A DNA stretch of 32,000 bases from Acinetobacter wanghuae (GTDB lineage: Bacteria; Pseudomonadota; Gammaproteobacteria; Pseudomonadales; Moraxellaceae), in the NCBI RefSeq assembly GCF_009557235.1, contig NZ_CP045650.1:960001-992000 (forward strand), in the 5' to 3' direction. A program made the translations under genes and the position numbers. The notes beneath the pieces were generated by a model, which saw nothing but the letters and a program-made list of their open reading frames with translations, made no database searches and was not told where the DNA came from. Positions 1-10,255 of this stretch are shown one piece after another. Position 1 is the stretch's first letter; each line of letters opens with the position of its first letter.

Positions 1-772
1 AATTCTCAAGATAAGCCTTCAGCGATTTCTGCGCATGACCATTATGTGCATTATCAATGGTGATATGTACATTAAAATAATGAGGATCAATACCAAGCTC
101 CGCCAATTCATAATTGGTAATCAGTAGATGCAAAGGCAATTGTTCATAGCCTAAGTTAAAGCCGATGACCAATGGCATCCATTCGCTTGGTGCATATGCT
201 AAAGCCAGCTGAACCGTAGCTTGCTCATAATAAGCATCATCTAATTGCTCAGAAAAATCAGTTAATTCATAACGCTGTAACAGGTCTTGATACATGGTCA
301 CATGATTGGCACGCGGATGTCCCATACCGAGTTCTTCAAGGTAGATATAAATTAGATTGCGAACTGACTCATTTTGGGATTGATGTAAAGTCGAATACAA
401 CCATGCGCCATCGACCATTTTGACGGGAGCCACTTGATACAAAAACTCAAAAGCATGCGATACCGTTGGAAAGTATTCACGGGATGCATCGGTTTTGCGA
501 CGAGCAACGTAGTCTTGAAAGCTTTGGCAAACCGTATGGTGCTGTTCTAGAAGATGCGCTTCAACCAAATGGGGATAATCGAGCCAATTGACTTGATCTG
601 TATGGATCTCATTCATATATTGAATTAAAAATTGTTCTGATTTTTCAGTTTTAATTGTATTTGAGACCTGTTCATCTAGAAAAAAATCCACCCAATCCTT
701 GTGATTTTTAAGACGCTGATGATGGTTTTTAGTATGAGATGCAGGTAAATAAAACGCTGTACTCGCGAACAT
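1..772 (-). CDS. Heme-oxygenase-like 'iron-containing redox enzyme' family protein; N-terminal 257 aa only, the C-terminus lies beyond the window start
   Basis: Minus-strand frame is open from ATG (772-770) to the window edge; it is missing from the supplied track because it is edge-truncated. Hand translation: MFASTAFYLPASHTKNHHQRL...IYLEELGMGHPRANH...GFNLGYEQLPLHLL...NVHITIDNAHNGHAQKSLKAYLEN. The E/H-rich helices (EExxxxH, YEQ..H, HxxxDxxH) are typical of HO-like di-iron oxidases. Confidence 0.7.
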   Translation of the reverse strand, partial: MFASTAFYLPASHTKNHHQRLKNHKDWVDFFLDEQVSNTIKTEKSEQFLIQYMNEIHTDQVNWLDYPHLVEAHLLEQHHTVCQSFQDYVARRKTDASREYFPTVSHAFEFLYQVAPVKMVDGAWLYSTLHQSQNESVRNLIYIYLEELGMGHPRANHVTMYQDLLQRYELTDFSEQLDDAYYEQATVQLALAYAPSEWMPLVIGFNLGYEQLPLHLLITNYELAELGIDPHYFNVHITIDNAHNGHAQKSLKAYLEN

Positions 773-930
773 GTATTTTATCCTTGCCTACGTATTGATT
801 GATTACCTTATCTTTTCAACCGCAGCGAGGGTGTTTATATTTTGTTCGTATTTATGAGTGGATTGCATCACTTTTGAAAAGCTAAGTAATTTTACCTAGC
901 AAGCCCATAAAAACAGAAAGGCTAAAAAGC

Positions 931-960
931 AAAAAGCCCAAGTCGCAATGCTTGGGCTTT
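931..960 (-). terminator. Rho-independent terminator ending the triple tRNA-Glu transcription unit
   Basis: Stem gcccaag/cttgggc (936-942 / 951-957) with an 8-nt loop. The A-run at 931-935 gives a T-run on the minus strand, about 40 nt downstream of the last tRNA. Confidence 0.8.
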
Positions 961-997
961 CTGCTGAAATCATGTTGAATCAAAATGATTTCGAATA

Positions 998-1073
998 TGG
1001 CGTCCCTACGGGGATTCGAACCCCGGTTACCGCCGTGAAAGGGCGATGTCCTAGGCCTCTAGACGATAGGGAC
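998..1073 (-). tRNA. tRNA-Glu (anticodon UUC), copy 3 of a tandem array
   Basis: Reverse complement GTCCCTATCGTCTAGAGGCCTAGGACATCGCCCTTTCACGGCGGTAACCGGGGTTCGAATCCCCGTAGGGACGCCA. 76 nt, anticodon loop CT-TTC-AC, GTTCGAATC T-loop, encoded CCA. Close to E. coli tRNA-Glu. Confidence 0.97.
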
Positions 1074-1116
1074 AGCGTGAAGTAAGTATTTGTAAAACGA
1101 TTAACTTTGCAGTTAA

Positions 1117-1192
1117 TGGCGTCCCTACGGGGATTCGAACCCCGGTTACCGCCGTGAAAGGGCGATGTCCTAGGCCTCTAGACGATAGGGAC
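1117..1192 (-). tRNA. tRNA-Glu (UUC), copy 2 of a tandem array
   Basis: 76 nt identical to 998-1073, with a 43-nt spacer to copy 3. Confidence 0.97.
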
Positions 1193-1218
1193 TAAATACA
1201 AACATTACTTCTGAAAAT

Positions 1219-1294
1219 TGGCGTCCCTACGGGGATTCGAACCCCGGTTACCGCCGTGAAAGGGCGATGTCCTAGGCCTCTAGACGATAGGGAC
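1219..1294 (-). tRNA. tRNA-Glu (UUC), copy 1 of a tandem array
   Basis: 76 nt identical to the other copies, with a 26-nt spacer to copy 2. Confidence 0.97.
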
Positions 1295-1311
1295 GTTTCA
1301 GAGGTGGGCGT

Positions 1312-1340
1312 ATATTAGGGTGAAAATAGAGGGGTGTCAA
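1312..1340 (-). promoter_or_regulatory. sigma70 promoter of the tRNA-Glu x3 array
   Basis: On the minus strand: TTGACA (1340-1335), 17-nt spacer, TAATAT (1317-1312). A GC-rich discriminator ACGCCCACC follows, and the mature tRNA 5' end lies 17 nt after the -10. The upstream region is A/T-rich and UP-element-like. Confidence 0.75.
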
Positions 1341-1584
1341 ACACTTTTCTACAGGTATTTTCAGGTTTTTGATGTGTTCGTATGAAAAAAAATCATTTTT
1401 CTATTTTTTGATGAAAATTAACGCATTTTAAGCAGGGAAATAAGCAAAATGATTCATCATAAAATTTTTATCGTTCATAAGTACATGTTGTATTTTCTGA
1501 TTTATTTTTACTGTTTGATTGATTCTTAAGCTTTAACTACAAAATGTTATCAGTGGATATACAAGTAAGATGAATTCTTTCAAA

Positions 1585-1613
1585 TAAAAAGAGCGACCAA
1601 AGTCGCTCTTTTT
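1585..1613 (-). terminator. Rho-independent terminator after permease 1
   Basis: Stem agagcgac/gtcgctct with loop caaa, flanked by A-run and T-run (bidirectional in form). It lies 15 nt beyond the stop codon at 1628. Confidence 0.85.
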
Positions 1614-1627
1614 AGATCATAACTGAA

Positions 1628-3040
1628 TTATGCTTTTTTATGATAGAAAGCATAATAGCTTGCATAGCATACCGCGATAAACGCTAAACATAAGAAGAAG
1701 CTGATTTGTAACGATGGATCAAACACCATACTGATACAGGTAATTAAGCAGAACAAGAAACCAAGAATTGGCACAATGGGGAACAGGGGTGCTGCAAAGC
1801 CCAATTCTTCTTTGGTATGACCGTCTTTATACCATTGACGACGGAAATTGAATTGGCTTAAACAAATACTCATCCACACAACCACCATGGTAAATGCGGC
1901 AATACCCAATAAGTTTGTGAAAATGGTTTCAGGTGCAAATTGTTCAGACAATAGACCCGGCAAACCACCAATCATGGTGACAATGACAGCCACATACGGA
2001 ATACCGCGAGCATTCACTTTTGAGAAAACCGCAGGAAGCTGTTTGTTATATGACAATGACCACATCATGCGTGAAGCAGCAAACAAACCTGAATTCGCAG
2101 CAGACAGCAACGCAGTGATAATCACGAAACGAATAATGTCTTCAGCATAAGGAATACCGATGTGTTGGAATACCGTCACAAATGGACTGCTACTCACACC
2201 TTCAGCCGCTAAACCTGCTTCTTGATGAGGAAGCAGTGAGGTCACGACAATAATCGTACCTACAAAGAAAATAAGCAGACGGAAAATTGACGTATTAATC
2301 GCTTTTGGTACATTTTTCGCAGGGTCTTTGGTTTCACCCGCAGCGACACCAATGAGTTCCGTACCAGAGAAAGCAAAATTCACAATCAACATTGTCGTGA
2401 AGATGGGGAATAAGCCTTCAGGGAACCAACCTTGCGCAGTTAAATTGGTGAAGAGTGGTGCAGCATCTTGACCTTGATAGCCAACAACACCAAAGATAGC
2501 CAACAGACCGAGTAAGATAAATACAATAACCGTGATGACTTTAACCAAAGCCAGCCAAAATTCAGATTCGGCAAACCAACGGGTTGAAATCATATTCAGT
2601 ACAAAGACGAATGAACCAAAAATAAGGGTCCACATCCACATTGAACTGTCAGGGAACCACTCCTGCATTAAAAGTGCAGCTGCAGTAAATTCGGTTCCAA
2701 GCGTAACTGACCACGTCAGCCAATATAACCAGGTAATGGTATAGCCTGTGCCTGGACCAATATAGCGTTTGGCATACGCACCAAAAGAGCCAGATTCAGG
2801 CATATGAACGGCAAGCTCACCCAAACACAGCATAACCATGTAAGCGATGACACCGCCTAGAAAATAAGAAAGGATGGCACCTACAGGCCCCGTTTGTGCA
2901 ATGACTTCACCCGACCCTAAAAATAGGCCTGTCCCGATTGCGCCACCAAGCGAAATCATGACCAGATGTCGAGTACTCATAGCGCGTTTTAAAGGCGCAG
3001 AATTGCCCTGATGCGTAGCATCATTCGGAGATGAGTGCAT
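1628..3040 (-). CDS. APC-superfamily amino-acid permease, LysP-like (paralog 1), 470 aa
   Basis: ATG start. Blocks GGAIGTGLFLGSGEVI, FWLALVKVITVIVFILLG, GTELIGVAAGETKDPAKNVPKAI and SPFVTVFQH...SAANSGLFAASRMMWSL align by eye with E. coli LysP. About 12 TM segments. Confidence 0.93.
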   Translation of the reverse strand: MHSSPNDATHQGNSAPLKRAMSTRHLVMISLGGAIGTGLFLGSGEVIAQTGPVGAILSYFLGGVIAYMVMLCLGELAVHMPESGSFGAYAKRYIGPGTGYTITWLYWLTWSVTLGTEFTAAALLMQEWFPDSSMWMWTLIFGSFVFVLNMISTRWFAESEFWLALVKVITVIVFILLGLLAIFGVVGYQGQDAAPLFTNLTAQGWFPEGLFPIFTTMLIVNFAFSGTELIGVAAGETKDPAKNVPKAINTSIFRLLIFFVGTIIVVTSLLPHQEAGLAAEGVSSSPFVTVFQHIGIPYAEDIIRFVIITALLSAANSGLFAASRMMWSLSYNKQLPAVFSKVNARGIPYVAVIVTMIGGLPGLLSEQFAPETIFTNLLGIAAFTMVVVWMSICLSQFNFRRQWYKDGHTKEELGFAAPLFPIVPILGFLFCLITCISMVFDPSLQISFFLCLAFIAVCYASYYAFYHKKA

Positions 3041-3075
3041 AGGAAATGAAATAAATCAGAAGAATGAAGCGAGTT

Positions 3076-3103
3076 ATTGTAGTCAAAAACCACAAATCTG
3101 CAA
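3076..3103 (-). promoter_or_regulatory. Candidate sigma70 promoter for permease 1
   Basis: On the minus strand: TTGCAG (3103-3098), 16-nt spacer, TACAAT (3081-3076), about 36 nt upstream of the ATG. Motif match only. Confidence 0.35.
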
Positions 3104-3152
3104 TCGATTAATTATTAATTTGAATATGGCATGATCGTATTCGATCAAGAGA

Positions 3153-3228
3153 TGGCGTCCCTACGGGGATTCGAACCCCGGTTACCGCCGTGAAAGGGCG
3201 ATGTCCTAGGCCTCTAGACGATAGGGAC
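3153..3228 (-). tRNA. tRNA-Glu (UUC), solitary fourth copy between the two permease paralogs
   Basis: 76 nt identical to the three copies at 998-1294. Confidence 0.97.
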
Positions 3229-3245
3229 GTTTTGAGGTGATGCGT

Positions 3246-3274
3246 ATGTTAGGGATTTTTATTCAAGGTGTCAA
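3246..3274 (-). promoter_or_regulatory. sigma70 promoter of the solitary tRNA-Glu
   Basis: On the minus strand: TTGACA (3274-3269), 17-nt spacer, TAACAT (3251-3246), discriminator ACGCATCACC. Clearly homologous to the promoter at 1312-1340. Confidence 0.7.
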
Positions 3275-3452
3275 ACCGATAACGCAATAATTTTATGATA
3301 TTTAAATCAAATGATTAAAAACTTATCATTTTTAATAAAAATGATTTATTTTCAATCAAATATTTAAACCTCAATTGATTATTTTGCTAAATTTTTCAGT
3401 TTAAGTTTTATCAAAGCTTAGCTTATTGCATGCGAATTGATGATTGCAGTAT

Positions 3453-3483
3453 AAAAAAGCGCAACTTAGAAGCCGCGCTTTTT
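3453..3483 (-). terminator. Probable terminator after permease 2
   Basis: aaagcgc ... gcgcttt stem with a 12-nt loop and a T-run on the minus strand, 13 nt beyond the stop at 3496. The stem is short. Confidence 0.55.
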
Positions 3484-3495
3484 AATTGAAATGGA

Positions 3496-4926
3496 TTAAT
3501 TTTTCTTGTGATACAACCAATAGTAACTTGCGTAGCAAGCCGCCATAAATAACAAACAACCAATAAAACCAGAAAGCATTTCAGGATCAGCTGCCATACT
3601 TAAACCTGTTGCTGTACAAGTCGCAAAACCAAGAATAGGCACTAAAGGGAACCAAGGTGTGCGGAATCTAAGTTCTGATACAGTGTGACCAGATTTAAGC
3701 CATTGGCGACGGAAATTAAACTGACTCCAACAAATACTCATCCACACAATGACCATAGTGAATGCAGCCACGCCCATCAGGTTTTTAAAGATCACATCTG
3801 CGCCAAATTGTTCTGAGAGTAAGCCGGGTAAGCCACCGATCATGGTGAACCAAATGGCAACATAAGGCACGCCTGATTTACTCACTTTGGCAAAAATTTG
3901 AGGAAGTTGCTTCTGAGCAGACAATGCCCACATCATACGAGATGCTGCATATAAACCTGAGTTTGCAGTCGATAATAATGCAGTGATAATCACAAAACGA
4001 ATAAAGTCTTCGGCATAGGGAATGCCCATTTGGGTGAATACCGACACGAATGGACTGCTACTTAAACCACCATGCCCACCGACTTGTAAACCGGCATCGG
4101 TATAGGTTAAAAGTGAACTAATCACAATAATCGTACCGACAAAGAAAATGATTAAACGCCACACAGCAGCATGAATGGCTTTTGGAACATTTTTCTCAGG
4201 ATTTTCTGTTTCACCGGCTGCAATCCCAATCATCTCCGTACCATTAAATGCAAAATTCACAATTAACAATGTGGTGAATAAAGGAATTAAGCCATTCGGT
4301 AGCCAGCCATGTTCGGTTAAATTTTGGAACATCGGGGCAGATGTATAGCCTTCAAAAGGAATCATCCCGAAAATACAAGCGAAACCTAAAATGATAAACA
4401 GTAAAACGGTTGCCACTTTAATAAATGATAACCAAAATTCAGATTCGGCAAAGGCACGGGTAGAACTTAAATTCGACAATAATACGCCCGCAGCAAAAAT
4501 CAGCGTCCATAACCAAATGGAAGTCTGAGGAAACCATTCTTGCATCAAAATGGCTGCGGCAGTGAATTCAGTGCCAAGAGTCGCCGACCAACCAAGCCAG
4601 TACATCCATGACACCATATAGCCTGTACCGGGACCGATATAATTTGTTGCAAAGGCACCAAATGAGCCAGAAACAGGTAAATGTACAGCTAACTCACCTA
4701 AGCACAGCATGACCATATAAGCGATCAAACCACCAATAATATAGGCAAGCACTGCACCTAAAGGTCCCGCTTGGGAAATGACTTCACCTGAGCCCATAAA
4801 TAAGCCCGTACCAATCGCACCACCTAGTGAGAGCATCACCAAATGACGTGTGGTCATGGCACGTTTTAGCGCAGGCGTTTGATCTTCACCAGTCGTGGAC
4901 TGCGAAGGAGAACAAGGAGATTGCAT
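3496..4926 (-). CDS. APC-superfamily amino-acid permease, LysP-like (paralog 2), about 476 aa
   Basis: Colinear with paralog 1 over the full length, roughly two-thirds identical by eye. I prefer ATG at 4926 (MQSPCSPSQ...); the track's TTG at 4932 is an alternative. No clear SD for either. Confidence 0.92.
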   Translation of the reverse strand: MQSPCSPSQSTTGEDQTPALKRAMTTRHLVMLSLGGAIGTGLFMGSGEVISQAGPLGAVLAYIIGGLIAYMVMLCLGELAVHLPVSGSFGAFATNYIGPGTGYMVSWMYWLGWSATLGTEFTAAAILMQEWFPQTSIWLWTLIFAAGVLLSNLSSTRAFAESEFWLSFIKVATVLLFIILGFACIFGMIPFEGYTSAPMFQNLTEHGWLPNGLIPLFTTLLIVNFAFNGTEMIGIAAGETENPEKNVPKAIHAAVWRLIIFFVGTIIVISSLLTYTDAGLQVGGHGGLSSSPFVSVFTQMGIPYAEDFIRFVIITALLSTANSGLYAASRMMWALSAQKQLPQIFAKVSKSGVPYVAIWFTMIGGLPGLLSEQFGADVIFKNLMGVAAFTMVIVWMSICWSQFNFRRQWLKSGHTVSELRFRTPWFPLVPILGFATCTATGLSMAADPEMLSGFIGCLLFMAACYASYYWLYHKKN

Positions 4927-5449
4927 AATCAACGAGGAGAGATAAAAGGTTATTTTAAAGTGATTTTGAATGAAATTTGCATCAATTGAAATTAACCCAT
5001 GAAATATTAGTTTTGATTTAAAAAATAAATGAAATGAACGAGTTAATCAGATTATTAAATATGTATTAGTTTGATTTTGAATAATAAAGTGTATGAAAGT
5101 ATTGTTTATGAAAAAGCCAATAGAGGGATCGAAATTTCACTGTTATATCTACAAGAAATCAACACGATTCTTCTGAATAGAGCTTACCAGAGGTACCACT
5201 ATTTGATCCTTTTTATCGAGTATGTTGGTTTATTAAGACCAAAGATGAAATTTTGAGGCGAGCTAAACTTATATTTAATTCGCATATTACAGTTGAATTA
5301 ACTTCATTTAAGGCATCTGCGGAAAGTTAAGATTGTTGAGTTTAAACCGCATAAGACAAGGTGCTTTGAGTTGCTTGTGTTGTGACAGTTGAGATGAAAG
5401 ATATCCAAGATTCAGTAGAAAAAGAACAGCAATAAAATAAGAAGAATAT

Positions 5450-5504
5450 CGTCCCTACACAAGCAAGCTTAATGGTGTTGATATCATTAAGTCAGGTAGG
5501 GACG
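5450..5504 (-). terminator. Compound hairpin, probable terminator of the pyrC-rnt operon
   Basis: Outer arms cgtccctac/gtagggacg (5450-5458 / 5496-5504) and inner arms cttaatg/cattaag. On the minus strand it is followed by atattcttcttatttt. It starts 21 nt beyond the rnt stop. Confidence 0.65.
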
Positions 5505-5524
5505 TGAGTGTTATGCCGGAAAAC

Positions 5525-6184
5525 TTACTGTTCCGTCACAAGTGTGTCGAGTAAATGCGGAGCAAGTTTGTTTAAAATAAAACAAAACAGTTCCGCAGTT
5601 TTTTGCGTATCGTATAACGCTGAATGCGCTTCACGACCATCAAACTCAATGCCGGCTTGAATACATGATTTAGCCAAAACGGTCTGACCAAACATCACCG
5701 CACTCAAAGTCACTGTATCGAATACAGAGAAGCTATGAAATGGGTTTTGATTTTTAGTGCCCGTACGTGCAATCGCTGCTTGTACAAAACCTAAGTCAAA
5801 ATGCGCGTTATGACCGACCAATACGGCATGCGTGCAATTTTGCTGACGACGGACTTCATTAACAGATTTAAAAATACGTTTTAACGCTGTTTTTTCGTCT
5901 TCAGCCATCGCAATCCGCATGGGATTAGATGGATCAATTCCGATAAATTCTAACGATCTACGATCAAGATTCGCACCTTCAAAAGGATTGATATGTGCAT
6001 GGTGGGCTTCACCCGGCACAAATTGACCTTCTTCATTATAAATAATCGGAATCGCTGCGATTTCTAATAATGCATCAGTCTGTGAATTAAAACCGGCAGT
6101 CTCTACATCGACAACCACTGGCAAGAATCCACGGAAACGTTGACCAATGACTGGGAGAGCTTCATTTGTCACACTTTTCTCCAT
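5525..6184 (-). CDS. rnt: Ribonuclease T (DEDDh 3'-5' exoribonuclease)
   Basis: [38 protein letters not shown] and [14 protein letters not shown] align with E. coli RNase T. Confidence 0.95.
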   Translation of the reverse strand: MEKSVTNEALPVIGQRFRGFLPVVVDVETAGFNSQTDALLEIAAIPIIYNEEGQFVPGEAHHAHINPFEGANLDRRSLEFIGIDPSNPMRIAMAEDEKTALKRIFKSVNEVRRQQNCTHAVLVGHNAHFDLGFVQAAIARTGTKNQNPFHSFSVFDTVTLSAVMFGQTVLAKSCIQAGIEFDGREAHSALYDTQKTAELFCFILNKLAPHLLDTLVTEQ

Positions 6185-7203
6185 TGAATGGTTTTACCCG
6201 CATGTAGCGGAATAATCTGTTCACCATCCAAATAGTCTAAACTTGTTGGAATCACTTGATCTTCTTTGACCAACGTAATGGTTGTGGTATTACGTGGTAA
6301 ACCATAGAAGTCCGCACCAAAATGGCTCGCAAAACCTTCCAAACGTTCGATTTTACCGACTTGATCAAATGCTTGAGCATACAGCTCGATTGCGGTAGGC
6401 GCACTATAACATCCTGCACAGCCACATGCATTTTCTTTGGCATTTTTTGAGTGCGGTGCGCTGTCTGTACCCAAGAAGAATTTAGGATTACCGCTCGTCG
6501 CCACTTCAAGCAAGGTTTGCTGATGGGTTTGACGTTTTAAAATCGGTAAGCAGTAGAAATGCGGTTTCACGCCACCGACCAACATATCATTACGGTTAAA
6601 TAATAAATGTTGCGGGGTAATGGTTGCAGCCACATTACGGTCTTGTTCTAAAACAAAGTTTGCCGCTTCACTGGTGGTGATATGCTCAAGCACTAATTTG
6701 AGTTTTGGGAACTGTTTTAATAGCGGTGCAAGCACTTCATCTAAGAAACGCTTCTCACGATCAAAAATATCGACATGATTATGTGTTACTTCACCATGTA
6801 ACAAAAGGGGAACTTGATGTTCTTCCATTTGTTCAATTACGCCATAAACTTTACTAATGTCACTGACACCGCTGTCCGAGTTGGTGGTTGCACCTGCTGG
6901 ATAGAGTTTAATCGCATTGACAAATTCAGAGTCTTTAATTTTTTTAACTTCGCTTGGCGGGGTATTATTGGTGAAATACAGCACCATGCGTGGATCAAAA
7001 TTTAAACCTTCAGGCACATGTGCCATGATACGTTCACGATAGCTATTTGCTTCTTCAACCGTTTTTACCGGTGGAACAAGGTTAGGCATACAGATTGCAC
7101 GTGAAAATTGACGGGCTAAATCAGGAACGGTGCGTTGAAGTGAAAGACCATCACGGAGGTGAGCGTGCCAATCGTCTGGCTGGAGAAGCGTAATCGTTTT
7201 CAA
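6169..7203 (-). CDS. pyrC: Dihydroorotase (class II, homodimeric type)
   Basis: [47 protein letters not shown] and GTDSAPH align with E. coli PyrC. The only available start is TTG at 7203. The 3' end overlaps rnt by 16 nt. Confidence 0.95.
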   Translation of the reverse strand: MKTITLLQPDDWHAHLRDGLSLQRTVPDLARQFSRAICMPNLVPPVKTVEEANSYRERIMAHVPEGLNFDPRMVLYFTNNTPPSEVKKIKDSEFVNAIKLYPAGATTNSDSGVSDISKVYGVIEQMEEHQVPLLLHGEVTHNHVDIFDREKRFLDEVLAPLLKQFPKLKLVLEHITTSEAANFVLEQDRNVAATITPQHLLFNRNDMLVGGVKPHFYCLPILKRQTHQQTLLEVATSGNPKFFLGTDSAPHSKNAKENACGCAGCYSAPTAIELYAQAFDQVGKIERLEGFASHFGADFYGLPRNTTTITLVKEDQVIPTSLDYLDGEQIIPLHAGKTIQWRKV

Positions 7204-7355
7204 GGCGAATTCAGTCGGAGAAATAAAACAAATGATAAAGCATATACGCTTAAATTGGTAATCTGAAATAAAAACAAATGGTGTGATATATATGAATTTT
7301 TTTAAAAAAGTATGTTATTTTTAAATGACAAAATAATTAAATAAAATGCTTGGCA

Positions 7356-8630
7356 ATGGAATACAAGTACAATTTAGCACAACTCCAATCAGACAAAGAA
7401 AAAGTAGAAGATTTAATCTCTCAACAAAGTCAGCGTGTTGGGCAGGTTTTTCCGAAACAGCTTGAAGCGGAGTTCTGGACAAAAAATTTAGAGCGCGCGC
7501 GCAAACACGCAGAGAAATATGTGTGGGCTGGGGTTCTGGTATATTTTTTGTTTATGTTGGTCATGATTCCGACCGATTATTGGATTATTGATGCAGCGCA
7601 TTTTGATCATGACTTTGCACTGGCGCTGCTAGGCTTAATCAATGGTGGTTTATCATTATTGGTCTTTTACTTTTTTTCTTGCTTACCACGAATTAAACGC
7701 TTTTTTCATCAAGCATCTTTAGGTGTCGCATTTTGGGCATTGGTCACCATTCCATGTCTGACCATGTCGATGCAAACCGTTGCGATGCAGCATCAGTCGA
7801 TGGCAATTGTCACTATTATTTATATTTTGGGTAATATCTTAGCCGGGATTAAACCGAAACATATGCTCATGATGGGGATGTGTGCGGCGGCCACCACGAT
7901 TGCAATTCTTTTAGCGTTGGATTCTGATGTAAATCCTTTGGTCTTTGGTCGCATTTTAGTGGGTAGCTGCTTATTGGGTTATGTGATTAGCCATATGATC
8001 TTCGCGCGAGAACGCATGATGTTTTTATATACCATTCGCGCCAAAATCAGTGAGCAAATTCATCGTATTCATACCACGGAGCTTTTACATTTAAGCCAAC
8101 ATGATGAACTGACAAAAATTTCTAACCGACGTACTTTTGATGAAACCTTAGATATTTATTTTGAGCGTTCCCGTCGTGAAGAAACAGCATTGGCATTGCT
8201 CTTTATCGATGTCGATTTTTTTAAAAATTATAATGATTATTATGGGCATCAAAAGGGTGATGACGTCATTTCGACCATCGCAAAAAGCATCAAAAATGCC
8301 ATTCGTCATATGGACTTTGTGGCGCGTTATGGTGGGGAAGAATTTGTTGTACTGTTGCCAGAAACCGATGCACATGGCGCGTATGCGGTGGCATCTAATA
8401 TTTTTAAAGCGATTGAGCGTTTAGAAATCCCACATGCTAAGTCAAAGGTGGCAAAGCACGTGACCATTAGTTTAGGAATCACGGTCTATCATGCTGAAAG
8501 CGGTATTGATAAAGAAGCTTTACTCGGTGTTGCCGATCAAGCGTTATATCGTGCAAAACAGTTGGGTCGTAATCAAATTTATTATCAATCAATTGGTCCC
8601 AGTCATGTCAATGACGTAGCCCATTTATAA
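7356..8630 (+). CDS. Membrane-anchored diguanylate cyclase (multi-TM N-terminal domain + GGDEF)
   Basis: C-terminal GGDEF domain: LFIDVDFFKNYNDYYGHQKGD, active site RYGGEEF, canonical I-site RHMD 5 residues upstream, ALYRAKQLGRNQ. About 6 hydrophobic segments in the N-terminal 230 aa. ATG at 7356 is preferred over the track's TTG at 7350. Confidence 0.9.
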   Translation: MEYKYNLAQLQSDKEKVEDLISQQSQRVGQVFPKQLEAEFWTKNLERARKHAEKYVWAGVLVYFLFMLVMIPTDYWIIDAAHFDHDFALALLGLINGGLSLLVFYFFSCLPRIKRFFHQASLGVAFWALVTIPCLTMSMQTVAMQHQSMAIVTIIYILGNILAGIKPKHMLMMGMCAAATTIAILLALDSDVNPLVFGRILVGSCLLGYVISHMIFARERMMFLYTIRAKISEQIHRIHTTELLHLSQHDELTKISNRRTFDETLDIYFERSRREETALALLFIDVDFFKNYNDYYGHQKGDDVISTIAKSIKNAIRHMDFVARYGGEEFVVLLPETDAHGAYAVASNIFKAIERLEIPHAKSKVAKHVTISLGITVYHAESGIDKEALLGVADQALYRAKQLGRNQIYYQSIGPSHVNDVAHL

Positions 8631-8642
8631 AGTAAAGCACAT

Positions 8643-8670
8643 AAAAAACCGCGCCAAAGCGCGGTTTTTT
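8643..8670. terminator. Bidirectional rho-independent terminator between the convergent GGDEF gene and argG
   Basis: aaaaaaccgcgc-caaa-gcgcggtttttt: perfect GC stem with an A-run on one side and a T-run on the other. Confidence 0.9.
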
Positions 8671-8685
8671 AGACTCAACTCAAAC

Positions 8686-10107
<1,422 letters not shown>

Positions 10108-10255
10108 TTATTTGACTGTGCTTTACAAAAGAAAAACTCGTTTTAAATTGCCTATTCAATAGGCTGAAATAATGATGTTTTATACTTTTTAAGCCCATGC
10201 ACAAGTAAATTTTGCTTATTGCCTGCGCTTGAGTATGATTTATCTATACTAAAAA

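Noticed and set aside
998-1294. A regularly spaced array of identical 76-nt repeats could be mistaken for a CRISPR-like or novel tandem repeat.
   Set aside because: Each unit folds as a canonical tRNA-Glu with CCA. The spacers (43 and 26 nt) are unequal, and the array has its own promoter and terminator.
1848-2744. Antisense ORFs inside permease 1 (1848-2150 and 2532-2744).
   Set aside because: These are shadow frames of a well-supported transporter gene.
3041-5100. I looked for lysine (L-box) riboswitches in the 5' regions of the two LysP-like permeases.
   Set aside because: The leaders are short or very AT-rich and lack the conserved GC-rich L-box helices. The shared ATGAAAT-like words are too simple to interpret.
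5071-5256. 61-aa plus-strand ORF in the permease-2 / rnt intergenic region.
   Set aside because: It has a TTG start, no SD, and N/Y/I/L-rich composition typical of AT-rich non-coding DNA.
5450-5504. The hairpin arms cgtccctac/gtagggacg are identical to 9 nt of the tRNA-Glu acceptor/T-arm end, which could suggest a tRNA-derived att scar.
   Set aside because: Only 9 nt match, which is expected by chance given the many tRNA 9-mers and a 64-kb two-strand search space. Position and the following T-run fit an ordinary pyrC-rnt terminator.
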